Origin: Blastocladiella emersonii ATCC 22665
Taxonomy: Eukaryota; Fungi; Blastocladiomycota
Reading direction: 5' to 3'
Length of the DNA: 64,000 bases
Assembly (NCBI GenBank): GCA_025594325.1
Contig: JANHCV010000002.1
Location: 1,736,001 to 1,800,000 of the forward strand
Part shown: positions 21,422 through 32,955 of the stretch, in pieces
Layout of the letters: each line of letters begins with the position of its first letter
Numbering within the stretch: the stretch's first letter is position 1
Notes under the pieces: generated by a model
Told to the model about the DNA's origin: nothing
Databases searched by the model: none
Seen by the model: the letters and a program-made list of their open reading frames with translations, nothing else
Made by a program: the position numbers and the translations under genes

Positions 21422-23293
21422 GGAGGAGGAGAGGAAGGGTGGGAGCGCGTGTGTGCGCTCCGAGTCGAATGGGTTTCGGTTGTGTTGTGGAAGTATTTGT
21501 ATCGTTCGAACCTAGTGTACTATATCCTTCGCTTCGAGGGCTAAAGCCCTCTTTCTAGACCGGGTCGCTGCCGGATAGGGTGCCGACGCTCACGTGAGCG
21601 CGATCCACGTGAGCGACCCGAAAACGCGTGACAGACGCGTCGTGCGGGGCTTTGCCCAAGCTATAGTGACCGTGATTTTCTGGCTAACGCTCGTCACGTT
21701 ACAGTCACACTTTTCTCAATGACATCACTCCCCGCGTCGCGTTGCGCCACTTCGCTTCGGCTCCCGCTTCCGCCCCGCTCCCCTCCCGTTTGCTCTCCTT
21801 CTTCAATTAAGCTCATTTACTCTATGCAATGGATTCCATAAATCCTGAAATTGACGACACGCCGGTCCTGTCCCACCTCGGCGCCTTTGGGTGGCGCTCG
21901 CACGGCGACGTGCTGTGCTCGACTCGGCCGTTGACTAGAGTGTTCCGCTGGTACCGCCTTTGCACTCTGCTCTTGCTACTGCACAAGTGCTGCTTAGGCG
22001 AGCTCGCTGAGTGGAGTAGCATGTTGTGGGATGCTTTCACGTCGCCACGGCTTGCAGTACCTGCCATTGTGAAGGACCCCAGCTCGGGGCGATGCTATTT
22101 GTGTTCTCGTTCTTCCCCTTGTGTGGGCGCACTCGCTCTTCTTGGCCGCCGCTACCGCTACTACACCCGCGTTGCGCCCGCTAGGCGTCGCTATATGTTG
22201 TTCCGCGCCAAAGGAGGCGAGCTCGCTCAAGCTTTCAAGCTGGATCATAGCGTGCGACGCGAACGCCATCATCGTTGAGTGCTTTCTTGGCGGAAGATCG
22301 ATGCGTTAGTCGAGATCGAGTCGTCGCGCACATTCGCTGTGCATAGTACGCTCCGTTGCTCAATCGCTGACTACTTCCTTTTCGGCTCATTGAGAATATC
22401 AGCATGCTGCTGTGAGCGAGTGGCTCGCCTTGACGCATCTGTCAGAAATCCGATCTCAGTTGCCTCGAGCGCGCTGGCGATGCGCGCTACGTGCGCGTAT
22501 GCTGCATTGAGGCGATGTTGAGAGTAATCGGCGCCCACAATCAAGTCGCGCTAGCGCTCGATCAAAGCCACCATCACTAGAGCCAGTTCGTGTTTGTGCG
22601 CGCTCGATCGCAACTCGCTGCACAAGGAGTCGCTCCCGCAACTTGAACAACGATGCGTTCAGCGACCTTCAGCTATCTCCGCCACGTCCGTAGTCGACTT
22701 GATCCACCTCAAGAGCAGGAAGACGCACAAAAGCGCGAAGAAGGCGTGTTGCGAAGGCCCCAACACGTGGTTCTGACGCGTCGCGTCTCTTCCTTTCGAG
22801 CCCCTTTGAGTAATGCGAGTCAGAAGCATGATCTCAGTCTGCACTACATCTGAAGCGAGTTCCGTGTCTCTCAGTTCACAAATCATGCAGTTCCTTGCAT
22901 CGCGCGTCCACGACGCGTCTGGAGTGCCGTGTGATCGCGGCGAGAGGGCACTTGGGCAAAGCCCCGCACAGTTGACACCCGAACGGAGTGAGTGGTGGAG
23001 GTACTGGCAATTTCTCATGTGACTGCTGTGGCGCAACGCGTCCTGGCCTTGCACGTGATCGGCCTCGGCCCAACCCGCGGAAGCGCCGCGCGGCGCCAAC
23101 CACTCAAGGGCGAGCGGCAGGGCGAGCGGAGCGCGTTGCACCGACTAGCGTGCTTCGCGAGCTTCTGAGTTCAAGAGGATCGGAGCGATGTGAACGTAGG
23201 AGAACGAAAAGTATATCTTTGTGCGGGAGGAAAAAAGAGTCTGCGCGAGTCTGCGCGAGGGGAATGAACAGAGTCGGGGCGGGAGCGAGTGCA

Positions 23294-24286
23294 TCAGGTC
23301 GACGAGGACAGGCGGCCGCTGCGGCGCCGCTTGGGCTGCGCCTCGTGCTCGTCGTTGACGACGCACTCCTCGTGCTCCTCCTCGTGCTCCTCCTCGGCGG
23401 CCGCGGCGGCGGTCGCCGCCGTGCGCTTCGTCGCGTTGGCGGTAGACGTCGGGACACCGGCTTGGTCGTCACCGATGGCGGCGGGCGTGCACGCCGCGAG
23501 CGCCGCGGTTGTCGGAGCCGCAGCTGCGGCCGCGTCGTCCATGTCGCACCCGACCGACACGGAGTTCGAGTCCGGCACCCCCACGACGATCTTGTCGATG
23601 CTGCCGATCGCGATGAACGAGTGCGTCCAAATGGGGTCCGCGCAGCTCGGGAAGCCGCCGTACTTCTTGGTGCCGGTGTTCTTGCCGCCAGCGTTCTTGG
23701 TGTTGGCAGGCGAGTTGATGGCGGGCGACACGACAGCGAGTGGCTGGATCGCGTGCTCCTGCGTCACGGGCGCCGCGGCGGGCGAGACGACGGCGGCCGA
23801 GATGTCGACGGGCTGCTGGATCATGAGCTGCTGCGCCGCGGGTTCCGCGGCAATCGAGGCGGCGACCTGCTGCACACCGTGACCAGCGGCGCCCGATGCG
23901 ACGCCGTTTGCCGTGGCGCGGGCGGCCTGGTGCGCGGCGAGGTTGTTGACAAAGTTCTCGCGGCCGTCGCGCATGCACTCGTGGTACACCTCCGTGGCCT
24001 TGTTGAGCTCGGCCCGCATGCCCTTCATTGTGCGCGGCACGCCTGCCGAGGTGAAGGCCTTGTCGCTGGGGAAGCCCGGGTCGTTGTTGGATTCTGACGA
24101 GTCCGACGCGTTCACGTCGCAGTGGAATCGCGGCCGCGGCGGTGCCGTCAGCGTCGCGCGAGCCGGACCCGTGCTTGGCGTTGTCGGGGTTGGCGGCCCC
24201 GTGTACTTGGGCTCCTGCGGCTGCGTGTACTGCGCGGCGGACCGGGCGACGCGCGTGGCCGGCGGCCTCCACGACGGCGTCATCAA
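23294..24286 (-). CDS. Cargo-like ORF inside the Helitron, antisense to RepHel; unknown product (Ala-rich, acidic tail, PKRRR NLS-like end)
   Basis: 330-aa ORF with strongly GC3-biased codons on the minus strand (e.g. RAELNKATEVYHECMRDGRENFVNNL). It abuts the truncated Rep sequence head-to-head. Confidence 0.55.
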   Translation of the reverse strand: MMTPSWRPPATRVARSAAQYTQPQEPKYTGPPTPTTPSTGPARATLTAPPRPRFHCDVNASDSSESNNDPGFPSDKAFTSAGVPRTMKGMRAELNKATEVYHECMRDGRENFVNNLAAHQAARATANGVASGAAGHGVQQVAASIAAEPAAQQLMIQQPVDISAAVVSPAAAPVTQEHAIQPLAVVSPAINSPANTKNAGGKNTGTKKYGGFPSCADPIWTHSFIAIGSIDKIVVGVPDSNSVSVGCDMDDAAAAAAPTTAALAACTPAAIGDDQAGVPTSTANATKRTAATAAAAAEEEHEEEHEECVVNDEHEAQPKRRRSGRLSSST

Positions 24287-24917
24287 GGTCGCGACCCGGC
24301 CCGGCGACGAGGCGCGCCTTGAAGATGTCCTTGGCGGCCTTGTACGCGTAGACCCACGCGAGCCGATGATGATTCACTCGAACATGGACGCACGGTTCCT
24401 CACGTCTTTCGACAAGTCCATTGTCGAGTTCTACGCGACCAAGTACTCAACCAAGGCGCGCGACATCATCGAGAACCACGCCGCCATCATCGCCGCGTAC
24501 AAGGCGCAGCACCAGCGCTTTGACGCCGAGCCCAACGCCTTCTCGCGCGGGCACAAGAAGCTCCTCTCGCTCGCGTACCACATGTCGGCGAACTGCATGG
24601 AGGTCCCCGAGACCATGGCCGCCCTGTTCCTGCACACGTCGGCCGCGGGCATCTTCTCGCACAAGTTTGCGCCGCTGCTGCTCTACCAGGGCATCAAGTG
24701 GGTCGAGCTCGCGGGCGTCGCTGCCGGCGAGGCGACCAACGAGGACGTCGAGTGCATCGCGTTGCTAATCAACGTCAACGGCAAGCCCATGCTAAACGTC
24801 GCGCTTCACGACTACATCTTCCGGCCCGCCGAACTCGAGCGGCTGTCGTGGTACGACTTTGTCCGCACGTGGTCGCGCGTCGCCATGCCCAAGGAAATGC
24901 GCCAGGTCCTGGCCGAC

Positions 24918-25091
24918 TGTAAGGTGCCGAGGGGGAGGGTCTTGTGCCACGAGGAATGACTAGCCGGATAATGAAGGATTGTATCACGAATGACAAGAGA
25001 GAGGGAGAGCGAGGGCAACGCTCGGCTTATGAGGGACTGCGCCACCAGCCCGCGCCACCAGCCCGAGCCGTCGGATCACTGAACCGTGACA
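24918..25091 (-). mobile_element. Solo LTR (174 bp) of the same Ty3/gypsy family
   Basis: Reverse complement of the LTRs at 27839 and 32956, TG...CA ends, and a 5-bp TSD CCGAC (24913-24917 and 25092-25096). Confidence 0.97.
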
Positions 25092-28065
25092 CCGACAGCG
25101 GCCGTGTGGAACCCGCTCAACCAGACCTCGAACCCGGCACCAAGATCCAGCCCGGCACAAAGTTCTGCTTCATGGCCGACCATCCGCTCGCCAAGCCGTT
25201 CGAGCTGCACAAAAAGGACGTCGAGGCCGTGCCCAAAATTGCTGGTCCGCACCTCCCTGACCTGCGCAAGTTTGCCGACGTCGCTGGGTCTGAGGAAAAG
25301 TACTGCCGCATGGCGCTACTGCTTCTCCAGCACTTCCGCGTCTCGAGCGACATCCTCGACGCGCAGGGCTCCGCGATCGGCAAGTTCAAGGCGTTCAAGG
25401 AGACGCTCGAACCTGGCCACGCCGCGCTCGACCATCACGAGTACGCGCAGGAGTACTACTTCAGCCTTGACGGCGCTCGCGAGTTCCGCGAGCTTCGCGA
25501 TCGCGAGAACGCCGAGCTCGCGGCGCAGCTGTCGCATGAGGAGAAGGGGAAGCTCTACGTTCCTGACCGCGACAGCGAAACCAGCTCACGCAACCAGCCG
25601 ACTACCGATGACGGCTCTGTAGCCGCTTTGTGGACCATGTTTGGTCAGTCGGAGAACGACATTGTTCTTGACCCGACTATTGTCAACTCGGACGTGGAGG
25701 GCATCCTGGCCGACAATGGCGAAACCGAGGGCGAACCTCAAACGCATAGAGGGCCTGACCTCTACGCTGATCCCTGGAATGGGCCACGGCATGATGGGCA
25801 CCCTGCTCTTCCCCGACGTGCAGCCGTTCGATGTCAACGCCGCCCCGCCGCTGCCGTACCTCGAGACGCCCATCTCGCCAACTGACGCCAAGAAAATCAT
25901 GGCTCAACTATGCGCTGCCGCGGCTCAAGGTCATCTGACTGCGGATGTCGGCGCCGTACCTGTCGTTTCCGGGCCCAGGCAGCCACCCATGATTGGTATT
26001 GTTCCCGCAGTGCCATCTGGAGCCTCGACAAACACATCTCAGCATGGTATCGACCCGGAAATGGCCGCCGACGTGCCCAAACCAGAACTCGGACCAGCCG
26101 TCAACGTTTGGCGCAGCGCCTTCACGACCACGCCAACAGGTCCTGACGCGCGCGCGGTTCCTCGTCACCAAGGCCGCGCACTCAATCAGCAACTTTGCCT
26201 ACGACACACGCGGCGACGAGTGGAGCGACGAGAAGCAGTGCACTGTGCACACGCCCGCATACGCAAGCCTCGCGCAGGTCTCGCTCAAGTTCAACCTCAA
26301 CAAAGAGCAGCACCGCGCGTTCGTGCTCTTCCTCATGCCGCTCATCGACACCTTCATCAGCGGCAACGCGGGTATTGCAGACGCTGCGCCCTTGGCCGAG
26401 CAGAACGTGATCCTGTTGGGCTGCAACAACGTCCAACATGTTGTTGGCACCGCGGCCCTCCGGCCCTTGAGCAAGGACCGGACGCCAATCATCCTCACCA
26501 GCTCGGGCGGCACGGGCAAGTCACGCGTTGTCAATGCAATCCGATACTTTCTCGCGTCCTGGAACCGGGAAAAGTGCCTCATGGTCATGGCCATGACTGG
26601 GATCGCGGCTGCCAACATTGGCAGTACGACCATCCACGCCGCGTTCTCTTTCTCGCTAAGGCCGAAAGAAAGCAGCGTACCGATCCTGCGGTTGCCATCG
26701 CGTGGAAAGGGCGTCTCGGCGTCGTCACCAACGAGTTCTCCATGTGTGACGCGACTTTACTCGGCCGTATCGACGCGAACATGCGCCTCCTGCGGCGGTG
26801 CGACGAACCATTTGGCGGGTGCATCGTCATGCTCGCTGGCGATCATCTACAGCTGCCTCCCGTCAATGGAGCTGCCCTGTACAAGTGCCCGCTGTCCTCA
26901 ACAACGCGCCAGACTCGTTCTACCTGCGCATGACGTCAAATCAATTGACGGTCCCCGAGCACCTGGATCGAGGCCAGGTCGCGTACTGGCGCACTACACG
27001 CACTGTTCGTCTTGTGAAGAGCAACCGATTTGTCGACGATCCACCATGGGGCAACGAAATGGACGCGCTCCGCCTTGTCAAGGCGTCGGACACGCTGCGC
27101 GACCTGATCAACTCGCGTACGACCGCTCAGCTTCAGCAGCAGGTCGACGAAAACAGCAACAACGTCCTCAAGGAGATCCTCAAGAAGCCCGGACTCACGG
27201 TTATCACGCCTGACAACCACACGCGCCACGCCTTCAACCTGCTCTACACGCGGCTCGCAGCAGCAAACCCAAACCGCATTGTGTTCCAGATCAAGGGCAA
27301 CATCACGCGCCCGCGTGATAGGCGCCGCACGCGTGAACGCGTCGCCATCTGCGACAAGGACGTGTTCCGCCTCGGAGGAGAGCCAGAAACCACGACTGAA
27401 CTGCCAGCCATCCTTGAGTTCTGCGTCGGAATGGAGATGCGCGTCAAGACCAACCAGTGCGTAGCAAAGGGGTGCGCGAACGGTGCGGTTGGCGTTGTGC
27501 ACCACATCGGCTGGAAGCCCGAGACCACGTTCATGCGAACCGCGTCCAACATGTACCAGCCATCCTGCGCTCCACTCAACGTGTGGATCGACCTGCCCAA
27601 CGCTCCTTGTGGCCCTCGCTTCCCGGGCATGCCGGCCGCGTGGCCTGACACAGTCATCCCGCTTGCCGTGGAGAAGAAGGACTTCCTGTACATGGTGGGC
27701 GGTTCCACGTTGCAAGAGCGAGTTGTCAGCACAACGGGGGATTCGCTTCCGCTCTGTGTCAACAACACCAAGACCAACAGGAGCAAGTATCCTAATCATG
27801 TCGTTGCGCACATCGAGCAGTACCCGATGGTACCAGCCTGTCACGGTTCAGTGATCCAACGGCTTGGGCTGGTGGCGCGGGCTGGTGGCGCAGTCCCTCA
27901 TAAGCCGAGCGTTGCCCTCGCTCTCCCTCTCTCTTGTCATTCGTGATACAATCCTTCATTATCCGGCTAGTCATTCCTCGTGGCACAAGACCCTCCCCCT
28001 CGGCACCTTACACTTTGTATCACCGTAAAACCCCCTCCGAGCGGTGATTTCTTCCACGACGGCAA

Positions 28066-29143
28066 AATGATAACGCCGGCACAGTTCCTCGAAAAGCTGG
28101 CGACGTTTGACGTTGCGGCCATTGTCCCCGAGTACCAGCTCGCGCCGTGGCGCGACCTGGTCATGCCGTACGAGGACAAAGCCAAGCTCGTCTTCCTCGC
28201 GCTCAACGTCGCCAGCGACTACTGGCAACTGGGCGTGTCGACCGAGGCCCGCGCGGTCGCGGCCGAGCGGCGCGCCGAGACGGCGGAGCGCCGCGCGTAT
28301 GCGCTCGAGGTCGAGCTGCGTCAGACGCAGCAGAGCCAGCCGCTCAACGGTATCCTGCAGGGCGAGCTCGACAGCATCCAGGTCAGCAGCGCGCGCGGGC
28401 CGGGCGTGGGCGTTGATGGCTTCACGCCGGCCGCGATGCACGCGCTGATGCGCATGAATTCGGTTGACGGCGTCAACTTCAAGGTCAAGAGCGCCATCAC
28501 GCAGTACGAGAGCATCCTCCAGCTCACGTTCAACGTCCCGGAGAAGTTCAAGATTGCGCACTTCCACGGCAAGCTGACAGGCAAGGTGCTCAAGGCCGTG
28601 GAGCTGGCGATGGCCGGGTCCAAGTTTGAGGACTACGGCTCGTTCAACGCCTACATCTCCCTCGTCAAGTCAACGCAGCCGGCCGAGAAGTCGGAGACCG
28701 AGTACGCGCACGAGCTCAAGAACCTCAAGTACGTGCGCGGCGCCATGCCGGCGCGCGATTTCGTCTCCAAGTTCCGCCAGACCGCGTCCGGTGCAGGCTA
28801 CCGCGCGCTCAGCGAGCTGGCGATGCAGTTCTACCTGGTGGTCACGGCCGGCAACTCGCCGCTGGCCGCGGACGTGGCCTTCGCCTCGCTGCGCAAGGGC
28901 TACCGTTTCGACAAGATGGTCGAGCACTTCCTGGTGCACGAGGGCGGGGCGACGGGCGTCGCGGCCGAGCTCGTCCCGGACCCGGACGCCATGGACGTTG
29001 GCGCGATTCGGCAGCGGGCGGCGGCGCACCAGGGCCGCGCCCTCACCGACATCAAGTGCTACAACTGCAAGGGCTACGGCCACAAGGCGGCTGATTGCCC
29101 GTCGCCCCCGCGCTCGTCGTCGGGAAACGCCAGTCGGGCGTAG
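28066..29143 (+). CDS. gag: Gag with CCHC zinc knuckle
   Basis: Open frame with CYNCKGYGHKAADC and the typical DAMDVG motif before the knuckle. First ATG at about 28066. Confidence 0.9.
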
Positions 29144-32100
29144 CGGAGCAGGCCGCGACGTCCTCGAAGCCAAAACCTGCGGATTTGGGTGGTACAACGG
29201 CGATGGCCACGGCGGCCGCCGCCGCGGATAAGATGTCGGTGCCCGCCGACAAGAAGAAAAAAATGAACAAAAAGAAGAAACAAAACATGAATGATAAGAA
29301 GACTAATGGAAAATCTGTTGCTGCGTACTTTGGTGCACTTGTGCGTCTAGAGATGGCGCAGGACCACCAGCACCTCGGCGGGCTCCTCGCGCATCCAGGG
29401 CTCCGCACGGCGCCGATCCCGACGTTCATGATGCTCGACACGGGCGCGCCGGTTAACCTGATCAGCCGCAGGGTGGCCGAGCAGGCCGGGCTCGTGCCGA
29501 AGCGCCTAGCGCGTCGCATCGACCTCCGCGGTGTCGTCGGTTCCGCGCCGGGCCAGCGCCAGTACATCTCGCATTACGTGCACGCGGCCGTGTCCGTCAC
29601 GTCGCCCGAGTTCCTGCACGCGGCGGTCGCGGGATCCCAAACCGTGTTCGCGGACGGCGTCGTGCCTCCCGGCGACGCGTCCAAGCAGAAGCGCGTGGTG
29701 GGAGACGCGGGTCGCGCCATCGACATTCCGTGCCTTCATTGCTCGGTCGCGCGCTTCCTCGTCGTCGACTCTCCCGCGTTTCCGGTGATCATGGGACTCG
29801 AATGGATGGTCGCGAACGGCGCGAAGCCGGATCCGCGCTCGGCCACGGTCGCGATTGACGGCGCGTGCACTGGTCGCTGCGGGTGCCCGCCCGCCCAGCG
29901 CGTCACGGTGGCCACGGTCGCACCGCGCGTCGACCTCGACCCGCTCGCGTGGGACGAGGCACACGGCCCGCCCGAGGCGCCAGATGACGCGGCGCCGAAG
30001 CGCGTGCTGCCCGCCAAGTACCTCAAGTGGGCGCACGTCTTCGATGCCGCCGCGGCGTCCGCGCTCCCGCCGCACCGACCGTACGACTGCGAGATCGAGC
30101 TCGTCGAGGGCGCCAAGGTGCCGTTCCTGCCCGTCTACGCCCTGTCGCAGCCCGAACTCGAGGAGCTGCGCAAGACCATCGACGAGAACCTCGCGCGCGG
30201 CTTCATCCGCCCATCGCGGTCGCCAGCCGGCGCGCCGATCATGTTCGTGCCCAAGAAGGACGGGTCGCGCCGCATGTGTGTGGACTACCGCCGCCTCAAC
30301 GCGCTGACGGTCAAGAACCGCTACGCGCTGCCGCTCATCGCGGAGCTCATGAACCAAGTGCAGGGCGCGCGCATCTTCACCAAGTTCGACCTGCGCGGCG
30401 CGTACAACCTGGTCCGCATCCGCGAGGGCGACGAGTGGAAGACGGCGTTCCGCACGCGCTACGGACATTATGAATGGATGGTGATGCCGTTCGGGCTGAC
30501 CAACGCGCCGGCCGCGTTCCAGGCGTTTGTCAACGACGTGTTCCGCGACCTGCTCGACCGCCGCGGCGTTCTCGTGTACCTGGACGACATCCTCATCTTC
30601 AGCGAGGACCCCGAAGAGCACACGGCGCTCGTCAAGGAGGTGCTGCAGCGGCTCGCCGACAACAAGCTGTACGTCAAGCTCGAGAAGTGCGAATTCGACG
30701 TGACGCGCGTCGAGTACCTCGGCCACATCCTGACCACCGAGGGCGTCGAGATGGACCCGGCCAAGGTCCGCGCCGTGACCGAGTGGCCCGCGCCACGGAC
30801 GGTCAAGGAGGTGCAGGCGTTCCTGGGCCTCGCCAACTACTACCGCCGCTTCATCCCCGAGTTCTCGGAACTGACCATCCCGCTCACCCGTCTTACGCAG
30901 AAGGACACGCCGTGGCGGTGGGGCGACACCGAGGCGGCGGCCTTTGCGGCCATCAAGACGCGGTTCGCGTCCGACCAGTTCCTCGCGCACCCCGACCCCT
31001 CAAAACAGTTCATTGTCGAGGCCGACGCGTCCAACTTCGCCATTGGGTGCGTCCTGTCGCAGGTCGACAACGAGGGCACGCTGCGGCCGGTCGCGTTCCA
31101 CTCGCGCGCGCTCAAGGCGGCGGAGCTGAATTATCCCATCTTGGATAAGGAGCTGCTCGCCATCAAGGTCGCGTTCGAGATCTGGCGCCACCACCTCGAG
31201 GGCGCGCAGCACCCGGTCGAGGTGTACACGGACCACAAGAACCTCGAGCACTTTCGCACCATGACGGTCGAGTCGCAGCGGCACGCGCGGTGGGCACTGT
31301 TCCTCGAGCGGTTTTCGTTCCGGTTCACGTACCGGCCCGGCGCAATCAACGGGCGCGCCGACGCGCTGTCGCGCCGCGCCGACTACGAGCTGTTTGACAA
31401 CCCGATGCTCGGCCGCGCTGTCGTTCCCGCGTCGGCGCTCACGGTGGCCGCCACGGCCGCGGCCAGCGCGCCGCTCGTCGCGGGCACGCAGGGCGACGAC
31501 GTGCTCGCCGCGATTCGGGACGGCCTGGCGGAGGACGAGCTCGCGCAGTCGATGCAGCGGAACTCGGGCAAGCACCCGTCGCTCACCATGGACCTCGACG
31601 GCTTCGTTTGGCGAGACGACCGGCTGTACGTACCGTCAGGCGTCGCGCGCACCCGGGTGATCGAGGAGGCGCACGCGACGCGTGTAGCCGGTCATTTCGG
31701 CGTCCAGCGCACCATCGAGAAGGTGTCGCGCTCGTACTGGTGGCCCGGGATGCGCAAGGTGATCGAGCGGTTCGTCAAGTCGTGCCTCACCTGCGCGCGG
31801 GCCAAGGTGCCGCGCCACCGGCCTGACGGCGAGCTGCAGCCGCTGCCCACGCCGCCGCGGCCATGGTCGTCGATCTCCATGGACTTCATCACGGACCTGC
31901 CGCGCAGCAAGGGTCACACCTGCATCATGGTCGTCGTCGATCGGTTCTCCAAGATGACGCACTTCATCCCGCTCGCCGCGCTCCCAACGGCCGCCACGAC
32001 CGCCGACGCCTTCATCGAGCACGTGGTGCGGCCGCACGGGCTGCCCGACGACATCGTCTCGGACCGCGGGTCGCAGTTCACGTCGCGGTTCTGGTCGGCC

Positions 32101-32955
32101 ATGTGCGAGTCGCTTGAGATCAAGGCCAAGCTCTCGACGGCGTACCACCCGCAGACCGACGGGCAGACCGAGCGCATGAACCAGACCCTCGAGGTGTACC
32201 TGCGCATGTTCGCCAACGAGGACCAGTCGAACTGGGCCGAGCTGCTGCGGTACGCCGAGATGGCCATCAACAACACGGTCAACGAGTCAACGGGCATGTC
32301 GCCGTTCAAGGCCAACTACGCGTTTGACCCGCGGCTCTCGGCCGCGCCAGTTCGGTCGGATCGGGTCCCGTCAGCCGCCGCGCTGGCCGAGCGCATTGCC
32401 GACGTCCAGGGCAAGCTGCGCGAGAAGGTCGAGCGCGCCAAGGAGCTGTACAAGAAGCACGCTGACCGCCGCTGCCGCGAGGGCCCCGACTACAAGGTCG
32501 GCGACATGGTGCTGCTGAGCACCAAGAACCTGCGCGTCAACGTGCCCAAGGCCAAGCTCGGGCCCAAGTACACGGAGCCGCTCAAGATCGTGCGCCTCAT
32601 CCGGAAATCGGCCGTCGAGCTCGAGCTGCCGCCGACCATGGCGCGCGTCCATCCCGTGTTCCACGTCTCGCTCATCAAGCCGATCGACGAGCACGACGAG
32701 GAGGCGTTCCCGGGCCGCGCGCTGCCGCCGCCAACGCCGTACGCCGTCAACGGGCACGAGGAGTGGACGGTCGAGGCGATCCGCGACGCGCGCAAGGTCG
32801 GCCGCAGCGTCGAGTACCTGCTCAAGTGGCACGGCTGCCCCGAGGACGACAACACCTGGGAGCCGTACGCGAACCTCAAGCACCTCGAGCTGCTCGCCGA
32901 GTTCCACGCGCAGAACCCGTCAAAACCCGACCCGCGGAGGGGGAAGGGGAGATAG
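29122..32955 (+). CDS. pol: Pol (protease-RT-RNase H-integrase-chromodomain), expressed by a probable -1 frameshift
   Basis: LDTGA protease, YLDDILIFS RT, EADAS...DHKNL RNase H, HHCC plus DDE integrase, and chromodomain EEWTVEAI...YLLKWHG...NTWEP. The frame is -1 relative to gag, with G GGA AAC at 29122-29128. Confidence 0.95.
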   Translation, partial: GKRQSGVAEQAATSSKPKPADLGGTTAMATAAAAADKMSVPADKKKKMNKKKKQNMNDKKTNGKSVAAYFGALVRLEMAQDHQHLGGLLAHPGLRTAPIPTFMMLDTGAPVNLISRRVAEQAGLVPKRLARRIDLRGVVGSAPGQRQYISHYVHAAVSVTSPEFLHAAVAGSQTVFADGVVPPGDASKQKRVVGDAGRAIDIPCLHCSVARFLVVDSPAFPVIMGLEWMVANGAKPDPRSATVAIDGACTGRCGCPPAQRVTVATVAPRVDLDPLAWDEAHGPPEAPDDAAPKRVLPAKYLKWAHVFDAAAASALPPHRPYDCEIELVEGAKVPFLPVYALSQPELEELRKTIDENLARGFIRPSRSPAGAPIMFVPKKDGSRRMCVDYRRLNALTVKNRYALPLIAELMNQVQGARIFTKFDLRGAYNLVRIREGDEWKTAFRTRYGHYEWMVMPFGLTNAPAAFQAFVNDVFRDLLDRRGVLVYLDDILIFSEDPEEHTALVKEVLQRLADNKLYVKLEKCEFDVTRVEYLGHILTTEGVEMDPAKVRAVTEWPAPRTVKEVQAFLGLANYYRRFIPEFSELTIPLTRLTQKDTPWRWGDTEAAAFAAIKTRFASDQFLAHPDPSKQFIVEADASNFAIGCVLSQVDNEGTLRPVAFHSRALKAAELNYPILDKELLAIKVAFEIWRHHLEGAQHPVEVYTDHKNLEHFRTMTVESQRHARWALFLERFSFRFTYRPGAINGRADALSRRADYELFDNPMLGRAVVPASALTVAATAAASAPLVAGTQGDDVLAAIRDGLAEDELAQSMQRNSGKHPSLTMDLDGFVWRDDRLYVPSGVARTRVIEEAHATRVAGHFGVQRTIEKVSRSYWWPGMRKVIERFVKSCLTCARAKVPRHRPDGELQPLPTPPRPWSSISMDFITDLPRSKGHTCIMVVVDRFSKMTHFIPLAALPTAATTADAFIEHVVRPHGLPDDIVSDRGSQFTSRFWSAMCESLEIKAKLSTAYHPQTDGQTERMNQTLEVYLRMFANEDQSNWAELLRYAEMAINNTVNESTGMSPFKANYAFDPRLSAAPVRSDRVPSAAALAERIADVQGKLREKVERAKELYKKHADRRCREGPDYKVGDMVLLSTKNLRVNVPKAKLGPKYTEPLKIVRLIRKSAVELELPPTMARVHPVFHVSLIKPIDEHDEEAFPGRALPPPTPYAVNGHEEWTVEAIRDARKVGRSVEYLLKWHGCPEDDNTWEPYANLKHLELLAEFHAQNPSKPDPRRGKGR

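Noticed and set aside
21829-23100. ORFs 21829-22278 (+), 22659-23141 (-) and neighbours as genes or as the Helitron N-terminus
   Set aside because: No GC3 bias, frequent stops, and no recognisable Rep, zinc-finger or other motif.
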